64,000 nt of DNA from Candidatus Omnitrophota bacterium (lineage in GTDB: Bacteria > Omnitrophota > Gorgyraeia > Zapsychrales > Fredricksoniimonadaceae). Under the pieces are notes generated by a model. That model made no database searches. It was given only the letters and a program-made list of their open reading frames with translations, and was not told the origin of the DNA. Where the stretch lies: NCBI GenBank assembly GCA_903901225.1, contig CAIUQE010000035.1, positions 9,249-73,248 of the forward strand, written 5' to 3'. The translations under genes were made by a program, and so were the position numbers. This document shows, one piece after another, positions 1 through 7,988 of this stretch (position 1 is its first letter; each line of letters opens with the position of its first letter).

Positions 1-474
1 CTGATGATGCTCAACAATTCCGTGGCCAGCATCCAGGTGGGCGAGACCCGCTCATATGTGGAAAGCACCAACATGGAAACCACCCAGGGCGGCGCCACGA
101 TCACGTCCGCGACCCTTAACGAGGTGCACGGCGGCGTGACCCTCCAGCTCACGGGCAGCATTGTCGGTGAGGATGTGTATCTTAATGTCACGCCCGTGGT
201 GAGCACGATCGACGGTATCCGCACGATCATGCTGGGCGGCGGGAATAAGCTTGAAGCGCCGGATACCTCCATGAAAACCATGTCAACGCTCGTTCGCGTG
301 AAAGCGGGGCAGACGGTGGCCATCGGCGGGTTGATCACGCGCGACCGGACAAACCAGCAGCAGGGTGTCCCGTTCTTGTCCAAAGTTCCTGTGCTGGGAA
401 AGATGTTCTCTTACGAGGTGCGCGGTGACAAGCGCACGGAACTTGTCATTTTTATGACACCGCGCCGGGGGTAA
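1..474 (+). CDS. secretin (GspD/PilQ family), C-terminal fragment; 5' end outside window
   Basis: Conserved secretin C-domain motifs (GGLITRDRT...VPFLSKVPVLGKMF...ELVIFMTPR). The reading frame is open to the window edge. Confidence 0.7.
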   Translation: MMMLNNSVASIQVGETRSYVESTNMETTQGGATITSATLNEVHGGVTLQLTGSIVGEDVYLNVTPVVSTIDGIRTIMLGGGNKLEAPDTSMKTMSTLVRVKAGQTVAIGGLITRDRTNQQQGVPFLSKVPVLGKMFSYEVRGDKRTELVIFMTPRRG

Positions 475-477
475 ATC

Positions 478-1515
478 ATGGGTTGTTATCTTTTTCAGAA
501 CGGGAATGTATATTTTGCGGCGCAGGGCAAGGCGGGGAGCCTGCGTTGGGACGAATTCCGGTCTTCCGATATGACGCACGACAGGCACGCGCATATCCTT
601 GTCCTGGAAGGTGAAGGCGGCGCGCGTTTTGAACTGGTGCGACGGAGCCGGGAAGTTTTCGGCCGCGGGTGCATCAGGACCCTGGCACCTTACGCAGAGG
701 GCCTGAGAGCGTATTTTCGCGCGCATGACCTGGCACGTCCTGACGAGAATTTCTTCGTGGCGGATGATCTGGGCGACAGGGTACTTTTGACAGTGTTCCG
801 GGGTGGCCGCGCGGCCATGACCCGGATGATCCCGTCGCAGGACGCTGTCGTGATCATGGATGAGATCCGTCGCACCTGCAAAAGCGTCCAGGAAAAGGAA
901 CCGGGTGTGGTGTTGCGGATCTTTACAAATCGCGCGGGGCTGAAAGATACTGTGTTCTTTGAAACGCGCTTCCCGGCGTTCGACGTCCTTGGCAAGGTGA
1001 AATTCCCGCTGTTAATGTTGCCTGAAGAGGCGGCGGAAATGAAAAAACGTGGCCGGCGCGTTGAATTCATCAAAGCGTGCCTGGCGGCTTTGCTGATGGG
1101 CGGGGCCGGTGCGGGTGCTTGGGGTTGCGCGGGCCATGCCGCGGCGGCCATCGATGCCCGGCTAGGCAGCCTGTCCCGGGAGCGCGCCGCGCTTGAAAAT
1201 GATCTTCGCTCCATCGGCTGTCGGACGTACCATTCCAGCGTGAAGCATTTGCCCTCGGTAAATTTCGCCGCGGTTTTTAGTGTGTTTTTGGATAACGTCC
1301 CGCCGGAAAGCCGGCTTGTATCCGTGGTGTTCCAACGCAGCAGTGACATGACATGGGATCTCGCGGGGACCGTCATGTTCCCGGGGCAGGAAATATATCC
1401 TTTCGCGGCGCGCGGGATATTGTCAGGTGCCATGGCCGACGATATTAACTACCAGGGAAAACCGGGGCTTAGGATCAGTCTGAAGCTGCCTGAAAGACGT
1501 GAGGTGGATAAATGA
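478..1515 (+). CDS. hypothetical bitopic membrane protein, GspL/PilM-N-like assembly component (tentative)
   Basis: Starts 4 nt after the secretin stop. About 200 aa cytoplasmic part, one TM helix (FIKACLAALLMGGAGAGAW), a coiled coil and a ~110 aa periplasmic tail. Assigned by architecture and context only. Confidence 0.3.
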   Translation: MGCYLFQNGNVYFAAQGKAGSLRWDEFRSSDMTHDRHAHILVLEGEGGARFELVRRSREVFGRGCIRTLAPYAEGLRAYFRAHDLARPDENFFVADDLGDRVLLTVFRGGRAAMTRMIPSQDAVVIMDEIRRTCKSVQEKEPGVVLRIFTNRAGLKDTVFFETRFPAFDVLGKVKFPLLMLPEEAAEMKKRGRRVEFIKACLAALLMGGAGAGAWGCAGHAAAAIDARLGSLSRERAALENDLRSIGCRTYHSSVKHLPSVNFAAVFSVFLDNVPPESRLVSVVFQRSSDMTWDLAGTVMFPGQEIYPFAARGILSGAMADDINYQGKPGLRISLKLPERREVDK

Positions 1516-2003
1516 GATCTTTGGTGCTGGTAACGGGGGTGCTGGCCTTCGCGGCCGGGTTGTGGCTGGCCAGGGGGTTCCATGAACACTGTCAACAACA
1601 GTCCGTTGCGGCAAGGCAGATAGAGGCGGAGATACAGGATCTTGCGCGCAAGAAGGCGCTCCTGGAAAAACTGCCGCGGCAGGAGCCGGGCACGCTCATG
1701 CGGGCTTATGCGGGGTTTGTTAATGAGATTGGAATGATGGCCCGGTTCCATCATGTGACGTGGGGCGCCGTTGTCCGGGGCTTGAACGATGCTGACGTTC
1801 AAAAAAGCGCAATGCCTTCTGATATATCGGGCGTCAGGGAACTTGGACTGCAGGTGACATTTTCCAATTTCCCCCGGTTCGGGACCCTTTTGTCATTGCT
1901 GGACGCGGTATCCGATGTTGGGCATGTTTTTCCTGTTGTGGTGCGGAAGGTTTCTTTTGAAAAGGATTCCCTTGTGCTGGATGTGTCAGTGCTGGGGCCG
2001 TAA
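1512..2003 (+). CDS. hypothetical membrane protein, GspM/PilO-like (tentative)
   Basis: ATGA overlap with the upstream gene. N-terminal TM (LVLVTGVLAFAAGLWLA) followed by a coiled coil and a periplasmic domain. Confidence 0.3.
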   Translation: MRSLVLVTGVLAFAAGLWLARGFHEHCQQQSVAARQIEAEIQDLARKKALLEKLPRQEPGTLMRAYAGFVNEIGMMARFHHVTWGAVVRGLNDADVQKSAMPSDISGVRELGLQVTFSNFPRFGTLLSLLDAVSDVGHVFPVVVRKVSFEKDSLVLDVSVLGP

Positions 2004-2015
2004 GGAGATGAAGGC

Positions 2016-2483
2016 ATGAAGAAAATGATGGTTGTTATTTTTTATATTGGGTTGATGATGCCGCTCGCGCGGGCGGGACAGAGTCCGGTCGTGGGAGAAG
2101 ATGAAAATCTTACGCGCATGCGCACGCAGGTCGAGTCCCAGCGGCGTAAGGAGGAGGAGCTTCAACTGTTGCAAATGGATGTCGAGCGGCTGAAACTTGA
2201 GGTTGAAAAGAAAAAAGCCGTCGCCGAGCTGGGGCAGTTGTCCGGCGGCGGGCAGGGTTCCGCGTCATTGACGGGGGCCGGGCCGTCCGTTGTCCTGAAA
2301 TATATTTTTATCAGTGCCGGAGATAAAACGCGGAAAGAGGCTGTATTTGATGTGAACGGCGTCCAAAGCCGGGCGCGTGAAGGCGGCGACGTCGGAGGAA
2401 GGCTGGTGAAGGCTATTGCCGCCCAAGGGGTCACTCTTCAGGCCAAGGACGGCCAGGAGGAGCGTTTTACCCTGAAAGAATAG
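2016..2483 (+). CDS. hypothetical secreted coiled-coil protein (PilP/GspC-like, tentative)
   Basis: N-terminal signal peptide (MKKMMVVIFYIGLMMPLARA) and a charged coiled-coil segment. Same operon as the secretin. Confidence 0.3.
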   Translation: MKKMMVVIFYIGLMMPLARAGQSPVVGEDENLTRMRTQVESQRRKEEELQLLQMDVERLKLEVEKKKAVAELGQLSGGGQGSASLTGAGPSVVLKYIFISAGDKTRKEAVFDVNGVQSRAREGGDVGGRLVKAIAAQGVTLQAKDGQEERFTLKE

Positions 2484-2946
2484 TAGCGTTTTCCTGAATA
2501 CATGTTCGAGGGCTTGTTTTTTCCGAAGTCGTAGGACATACTTTAGCAGGTGGTCGGCCGTGAGCCGGTCGTGGGAGGGGAATAGTCCCGAATGGGTAAA
2601 CTTTTTCCTCATGCAAATTTGGGGGCTGTCAGAGCCCTCCCACAAAGACGAAACCACCAAACTAGTAGCACATCCCCCTTCTCTGGCGCCCCCAATTTTT
2701 TCCCTCCCGTGCCGAGAGGCTAATAATAGTGAGAAGGAAATTGCACCGAGGCAACGATGGGCTCCTACAGAGCCCCGTGCCAAGGTGATATGAAAAGAGA
2801 CGCGGCAATCCATCCGGGGGCGAGACCTTCAATGGGTTGCCGTTTTCTTGTTTCGTCAGCGCTCCCGCTCCCGCTTGGCATTATTAAGAAATATATGTTA
2901 ACTTTTACTAGAGTGGTAGAGCATCTATCCCAATAAAGGATAAAAA

Positions 2947-5900
2947 TTGAAGAATTGTACGCGAGTGTTGCGTAAATTTATTGCCACCGTATTGATCCTG
3001 GCCTTCACGCTGATGGATCTGCGCGCCTATGCCCAGGGGGTGATCCCCTTGCCGCCGCCAGGCACGCGCCTGGCCCTCAGCCCTATTGTTGCCCCACCGC
3101 TGCTCAAGGGCATCAAGGTGTTCCGTGACGATCCTTTCCGTTTTGATTTTATCCTCGATAAAGGTGACGCGCCGTCCACGGATACGCAGGTTAAAACAGA
3201 TTCAACCCGCCTGATCAAATACTTCCTCGCCGCGCTCACAGTCCCTGAAAAAGACCTCTGGGTCAACCTTTCGCCCTACGAAAAAGACCGCATTGTGCCC
3301 GAAGCCTTTGGCCAGACCGAGATGGGGCGTGATCTTCTGGCCCAGGATTACATTCTTAAACAGATAACGGCATCAGTTCTCTATCCGGATGAGAAAACTG
3401 GCAAGGAATTCTGGGCTAAGGTCTACGCCGAAGCGCAGCAACGTTACGGCACAACCGACATCCCGGTGGACACCTTCAACAAAGTCTGGATCGTCCCGGA
3501 GAAAGCCACCGTCTATGAACACCAGGACGCCGCCTTTGTGGTCGAGAGCGGATTGAAAGTCATGTTGGAAAGTGATTACGTAGCCATGTCCCGGGCGGAC
3601 ATGAAGTCCGCCCCTACAACACAGGGTGTTGCTCTCATGAGCGTAGGGGAGGACCTTGTGTCCTCCCGTAACGAGATCGCAAAAAATGTTTTACGCGAAG
3701 TCATCATCCCCATCCTCGAAAAAGAAGTCAACGAAGGCAAGAATTTCGCCACGCTCCGCCAGGTTTACAACTCCCTCATCCTGGCCACCTGGTACAAGCG
3801 CAAGATCAAAGCCAGCATCATGGGCCGGGCGTACGTCGACCAAAAGAAAACCGCCGGCGTTGACATTGTTGACAAGAACGAGAAGGAAAAGATCTGGGCC
3901 CAATACGTCGAAGCCTTCAAGAAAGGCGCGTACAACTTCATCAAGGAAGAATATGACCCGTCCACGCAAACCACGATCCCCAGGAAGTATTTTTCCGGTG
4001 GGATGGATTGCTCGATGGAGGTGTTCAAGGTAAATGTAACAGATGCGGCTATGCCGGTTGAGGCAATTACCCCAGGACGTGACGTTGTTATCGGTGTAAC
4101 AGGGGCGCTGGAAAAGCCTGCCTTTGAAGAAAATTACAATTTGAAGACATCCGATCAGGACCACGCCATGTTCTCATCGGCGTTAAACATCAAATACAGG
4201 CCTGAGGTCGAACGAATTTATGATATTTACAGCCAGTTCATAAAGGATGGCGGAGGTTATGTATTGCCGTTTTCAAAAGAAAAAGCAGTGAAAAGATTAG
4301 ATTTTCGTTCAGCGGCGAAATCGTATTTTATTGCCGGATGTTATCTTGGTGTTGCCCTTGCTGTAGGTGGTATTCAGTATAGCCTGATACCGGATTCATT
4401 TTTTTTCCAAACAATTGGCAGTTCCATAAAAGTTCTTTCATTAGCGATGTTTTTTTATAAATCTTATACTTCTTTCCTGTACGGCGGGCTTCAGCCACTA
4501 ACTCATAAAGTTATCATGACACGGGCAACAGGTAAACTTGATGCTTTTCATGCGTATGGTATTTCTCATGAGATGGCCCATGTTCTGGAAATGCCAAAAA
4601 ATATTATATATGCTAATGCGTATGGTTTCTTAATGAGCAAGAAACTTGGCTATGAACATTCCAGCTATGATGAGAACATGGCTTTAATTTATGATTTGGA
4701 TATGTTTTCGTCTAAGAATCTGAATGACCATATCTGTCGTGGGCCGGGGTATGCGGTCGCCAATATTATTTTAAAAGAATTTCCCGGCACCTTGTCGGAT
4801 CAGGAGAGGTTGCTTAGAAAATTTCTTCAAGCAGTAGAAAGAAACGAATTTATGCTGGATGAAAGCATAAAAGATGCTTTGAAAAAGACACGATCAAGCC
4901 TGGAAGAGAAAGATTACTTTATAGTTGCTCCCAAACGTGAAAAAAGTTGGATATATCGATATGGGAACGGGATCGCTCAGCTGGCGTTACGGCATTACAA
5001 CAATGACGTTGACGCCGCGTTGCGATATATTTATCGGCTTAGTCGGCAACGGGATTCAAGGTTGGCAGATAAGCCCGTTGATAATGCTATGGAAGAAAAA
5101 AATGACGGCGGGATCAAAGATTTCAATGAAAAATCATTACTTGCCCCCCACCGCCTGACGATCGCCGAAGCCAGGGAGCGCTTGATCGACAGTTTAAAGG
5201 TCATCAAGGCGCATTATCCTGCTTTTCAAAAAGCTTGTTCCGATGGGCTTGAGGTTTTCAAGAACGAAGGAGTTAAGGCATTTGAAAGCAGATCTTATCC
5301 GGTGATCAAGGCAGAGGCCGATGCCCTTCGGGTCCACGTTGACGCGGTGAAGGCATTGCCCGCGTTATTGGGCTTTTCAGAGCCGGAAATGAAAGCCAAA
5401 CTGGATCCGTTCCTGCGGCAGATCGCTGAAGAAGCAAAAGTGGATAAGGTCCTTATTTCGTTCAGGACTGGTTTTTATTATGATTTTTCTTATACGAGCG
5501 GCTTTACGGATGAAGAAATTATGAATTTCAGATTACAGAACGATGAAATTTTCGATGTGATCTCTAATTCCGGAATTCAAATGAGTCCTGAGAAAATAGC
5601 CAAGGGGATGAACGCGTTAAGATCCGCGGGTATGGTTTCAGCACTCGACGTATCAACAGACGCAAAATGGTTGATCAAGATAGAGGATTCTTACATTTCA
5701 ATCGTTATCGGGCGCTCAGCGCAAGGGGTTTCATTGAATGGAGAGCTTACGGATAATGACAGGAAGGCTTTGGCCACGAAGTTGAACGCATTTGTAAGGA
5801 ATGGCCAAGCTCCGTGGTATGGGGTGAGGAAGTTTCTTGACGACAATCAATATAAAACATTTGACGATTTTATGTATTTCTTAAGGCACAACAGCGGGAT

Positions 5901-6819
5901 TGGTCCTTTAAAGGAACACATACTCCCGATCATTTATAATAATATTCCGGAATTGCTGAAAGGATCTCCCGCGCAAGACGGAAGGATTCAGCAGCGGGAT
6001 GATCACATTATTGGAAACATGGTAGAAGTATTAAAACAAACACAACTCCTTGGTAATGTGGAAACATTTTTGCAGTTATTGGAAAAGGGGGCTGAATTTA
6101 AATCTTGGGATATTTCAGGAGAAGTTCATCAGAGAGTCGCGTCATTTAAAGGGATGGCGGAAGACAAGAAGCTCAAGCTTGATATTTCCGGTCTCACAAA
6201 TGAAGCGCTGATCGTCCCTGCGTGCGACCTGAACTGGCTGGATGTGGTGGTGGATAATCTCCTTCAGAATGCCATTAAATATACATCGGCCGGCGCGGTG
6301 AAGGTTCGTCTTTCTAAAAAGATGATGCACGCGGAAGATCCTGATTTAGAACAAGCATTTGCTGTTCTGGAAGTCGAAGATACGGGCATAGGTGTTCCTG
6401 CAGATGAAAGGGTTGCAGTATTGGAGAGAGGATACCGGGCAACGAACGCGATCGCCGCTAAGATCAAAGGCACGGGCATAGGGTTGGATGCTGTTTCTAC
6501 TATTCTGCGCTTGATGCAAGGCGATATTACGGTTGAACCCGGTGAGAATGGAATAGGTTCAAAATTCATCGTCCGCTTGCCGCTTGTTCAAGATCCAAGC
6601 CAGGATCAAGCTGAGGTACCTTTACCCGGCGGCATCGACCTTAACCCGGCGCAACTTGATCTTAAAACGCAGAATTCCGGCGGCGAGATCGCTTTCAATC
6701 TTGACCCCACGTTGCTCGCCCGCCTGCAGAATGCTTCCGGCATTTCACCCGTGATCGTCAGTGTGCGGCCGCTGGACAGCATTTCTGCATTCATGGGGAT
6801 CCAGAAGCCTGTGAAATGA
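2947..6819 (+). CDS. giant (1290 aa) secreted/membrane protein, paralogue A: conserved N-terminal ~330 aa domain, two TM helices, C-terminal GHKL/HATPase_c ATPase domain, conserved ~60 aa C-terminal tail
   Basis: TTG start with an AAAGGA SD 6 nt upstream. Signal peptide ending AYAQG. Residues ~35-365 are ~65% identical to the 17180 protein. N-box LLQNAIKYT, G1 VEDTGIGV and G2 GTGIGLD motifs are present near the C-terminus, but no recognisable H-box. The last ~60 aa (GGIDLN..DL....G..F.DP...) are shared with the paralogue. Confidence 0.75.
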   Translation: MKNCTRVLRKFIATVLILAFTLMDLRAYAQGVIPLPPPGTRLALSPIVAPPLLKGIKVFRDDPFRFDFILDKGDAPSTDTQVKTDSTRLIKYFLAALTVPEKDLWVNLSPYEKDRIVPEAFGQTEMGRDLLAQDYILKQITASVLYPDEKTGKEFWAKVYAEAQQRYGTTDIPVDTFNKVWIVPEKATVYEHQDAAFVVESGLKVMLESDYVAMSRADMKSAPTTQGVALMSVGEDLVSSRNEIAKNVLREVIIPILEKEVNEGKNFATLRQVYNSLILATWYKRKIKASIMGRAYVDQKKTAGVDIVDKNEKEKIWAQYVEAFKKGAYNFIKEEYDPSTQTTIPRKYFSGGMDCSMEVFKVNVTDAAMPVEAITPGRDVVIGVTGALEKPAFEENYNLKTSDQDHAMFSSALNIKYRPEVERIYDIYSQFIKDGGGYVLPFSKEKAVKRLDFRSAAKSYFIAGCYLGVALAVGGIQYSLIPDSFFFQTIGSSIKVLSLAMFFYKSYTSFLYGGLQPLTHKVIMTRATGKLDAFHAYGISHEMAHVLEMPKNIIYANAYGFLMSKKLGYEHSSYDENMALIYDLDMFSSKNLNDHICRGPGYAVANIILKEFPGTLSDQERLLRKFLQAVERNEFMLDESIKDALKKTRSSLEEKDYFIVAPKREKSWIYRYGNGIAQLALRHYNNDVDAALRYIYRLSRQRDSRLADKPVDNAMEEKNDGGIKDFNEKSLLAPHRLTIAEARERLIDSLKVIKAHYPAFQKACSDGLEVFKNEGVKAFESRSYPVIKAEADALRVHVDAVKALPALLGFSEPEMKAKLDPFLRQIAEEAKVDKVLISFRTGFYYDFSYTSGFTDEEIMNFRLQNDEIFDVISNSGIQMSPEKIAKGMNALRSAGMVSALDVSTDAKWLIKIEDSYISIVIGRSAQGVSLNGELTDNDRKALATKLNAFVRNGQAPWYGVRKFLDDNQYKTFDDFMYFLRHNSGIGPLKEHILPIIYNNIPELLKGSPAQDGRIQQRDDHIIGNMVEVLKQTQLLGNVETFLQLLEKGAEFKSWDISGEVHQRVASFKGMAEDKKLKLDISGLTNEALIVPACDLNWLDVVVDNLLQNAIKYTSAGAVKVRLSKKMMHAEDPDLEQAFAVLEVEDTGIGVPADERVAVLERGYRATNAIAAKIKGTGIGLDAVSTILRLMQGDITVEPGENGIGSKFIVRLPLVQDPSQDQAEVPLPGGIDLNPAQLDLKTQNSGGEIAFNLDPTLLARLQNASGISPVIVSVRPLDSISAFMGIQKPVK
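3593..3667. repeat. REPIN-like hairpin doublet, copy A, in frame inside CDS (GGGCGGAC-atgaa-GTCCGCCC ...32 nt... GGGAGGAC-cttgt-GTCCTCCC)
   Basis: Two 21-nt hairpins (8-bp GC stem, 5-nt loop) 32 nt apart. Additional CCCCTAC/GTAGGGG pairing bridges the spacer. Homologous to the copies at 17832 and 10929. Confidence 0.8.
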
Positions 6820-6837
6820 TCGAACGATAACGGGGCG

Positions 6838-7134
6838 TTATTTCAGGAACCGTCGAACCTGGTCGTGGTTGCCGGCGAGCATGGCGGTGAAGGCGAGGCC
6901 GTCTTTGCGCAGGACGAGGCGTAATTTTCCCTCAATGCCGGCTTCGTAGAATGGCCGGCGCAGTTGCTTGAAAAAGAACCGCGGCGCGATCTTTTGCGCT
7001 TCCGTGAGGTCGTTGTTCGTTGAGAAATAAGCCAGCAAGGCCCGCAGGGCTGTTTTGACGGTTTCTTTTTGCTGTGGATCAAGGCCTTTGACGTCGCGCT
7101 CGAAGGACGGGAGCCAGGCGAGGGTATACGGCAT
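6838..7134 (-). CDS. type II toxin, RelE/ParE superfamily (98 aa)
   Basis: 98 aa basic protein with a C-terminal ...MLAGNHDQV motif typical of RelE/StbE-like toxins. Overlaps the upstream antitoxin gene by 4 nt. Convergent with giant gene A, with 18 bp between stops. Confidence 0.55.
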   Translation of the reverse strand: MPYTLAWLPSFERDVKGLDPQQKETVKTALRALLAYFSTNNDLTEAQKIAPRFFFKQLRRPFYEAGIEGKLRLVLRKDGLAFTAMLAGNHDQVRRFLK

Positions 7135-7137
7135 GGG

Positions 7138-7380
7138 CTACAGCCTTTCGATATCCCTGGCCGTTACCTTCTTCGCGGTGTTCTTTTCTTTCTGGTAGAC
7201 GGACTCCAGCCTGGCATATTCCTCATCCGAAAATATTTTTTCGACCGTTTCCAGCGGCACCAGTTCAAGGCGGTTGCCTTTGATATGGATATCAAAAAGC
7301 GCCCCTTCCGCGAGGTGCATTTCATTGATGAGTTTTTTGGGGATCGTGATCTGGTTCTTACTGGTCAGTGTGATGGTCAT
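7138..7380 (-). CDS. AbrB/MazE/SpoVT-family antitoxin (start at internal Met, MTITLTSKNQITIPKK)
   Basis: Swapped-hairpin DNA-binding motif ITIPKKLINEMHL..G. A strong SD (AAGGAG) lies 6 nt upstream of the ATG at 7380 on the minus strand. Forms an operon with the toxin. Confidence 0.65.
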   Translation of the reverse strand: MTITLTSKNQITIPKKLINEMHLAEGALFDIHIKGNRLELVPLETVEKIFSDEEYARLESVYQKEKNTAKKVTARDIERL

Positions 7381-7549
7381 GGACAGCTCCTTATTGTGGT
7401 ATAAGTTTACCATATATTCTGAAATTCCGTAAAGAAGAAAGTAAGGCTATGGAATTGGACTATCGGGTTGCGAACTGGGCCGCAAAATCCGGGTTGACCG
7501 GGTCGATTGAGGCGTTTATAGTAAAGGTGACTATTAATATATTTTCGAT

Positions 7550-7921
7550 TTGTGCCATGAAATGGGGACGCAAATGCGTAGTGAACGAGTGAGTTATAAA
7601 CATAAAAGCCTCGCCGCTGGCCGGTGGAAAGAATTGACGTTCTGCGCGCAAATGGCCAATATCGGCAGTGAAGTGGAACGCGCGCTCAACTGGCAGGCGA
7701 AACAAAATCCCGGTTACAGCCTCAAGGCGGTGGAGCGGGCGCTGGAATTGCTTGACCTGACCCTGGACAGCGTTGCGGGTCTGGCGCGGCGCAGGGAAGT
7801 TGCCCGTGTCCGCGAGGCGGTTGTTGATTTCTTTATGGGTTCCAACGAGTTTTGTTCGACGGACAAATCCTGGCGCGGATATTTTCTCCCCTTTACTTTT
7901 GCCGCGCGGCGTTTAAAGTAA
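7550..7921 (+). CDS. hypothetical protein (123 aa), start uncertain
   Basis: ORF only. Helical, weak similarity to four-helix-bundle type proteins. No clear SD. Confidence 0.25.
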   Translation: MCHEMGTQMRSERVSYKHKSLAAGRWKELTFCAQMANIGSEVERALNWQAKQNPGYSLKAVERALELLDLTLDSVAGLARRREVARVREAVVDFFMGSNEFCSTDKSWRGYFLPFTFAARRLK

Positions 7922-7988
7922 TTCGCGATCGAACGTGACGTTCACATAGTTGAAGTAACCAAAAAAACACCTTATCAACGAGGTCCTC

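Noticed and set aside
2850-2870. Possible sigma54 -24/-12 element (TGGCAT-N5-...)
   Set aside because: A -24 GG is present, but there is no TTGC -12 element at the right spacing.
3593-3667. Diversity-generating retroelement (VR/IMH hairpin) as explanation for the GC hairpins in the giant genes
   Set aside because: There is no reverse transcriptase, template repeat or Avd-like gene in the window, and the hairpins lie in the conserved part, not the variable part, of the genes.
4397-4404. T8/T7/A7 homopolymers inside giant genes as phase-variation switches
   Set aside because: They lie in AT-rich sequence where such runs are expected by composition. Noted, but there is no evidence of length polymorphism from a single sequence.
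7550-7921. Avd/four-helix-bundle accessory protein identity for ORF 7550-7921
   Set aside because: Only vague helical similarity. Lacks the SxxxNIAEG-type motif of that family, so it is kept as hypothetical.
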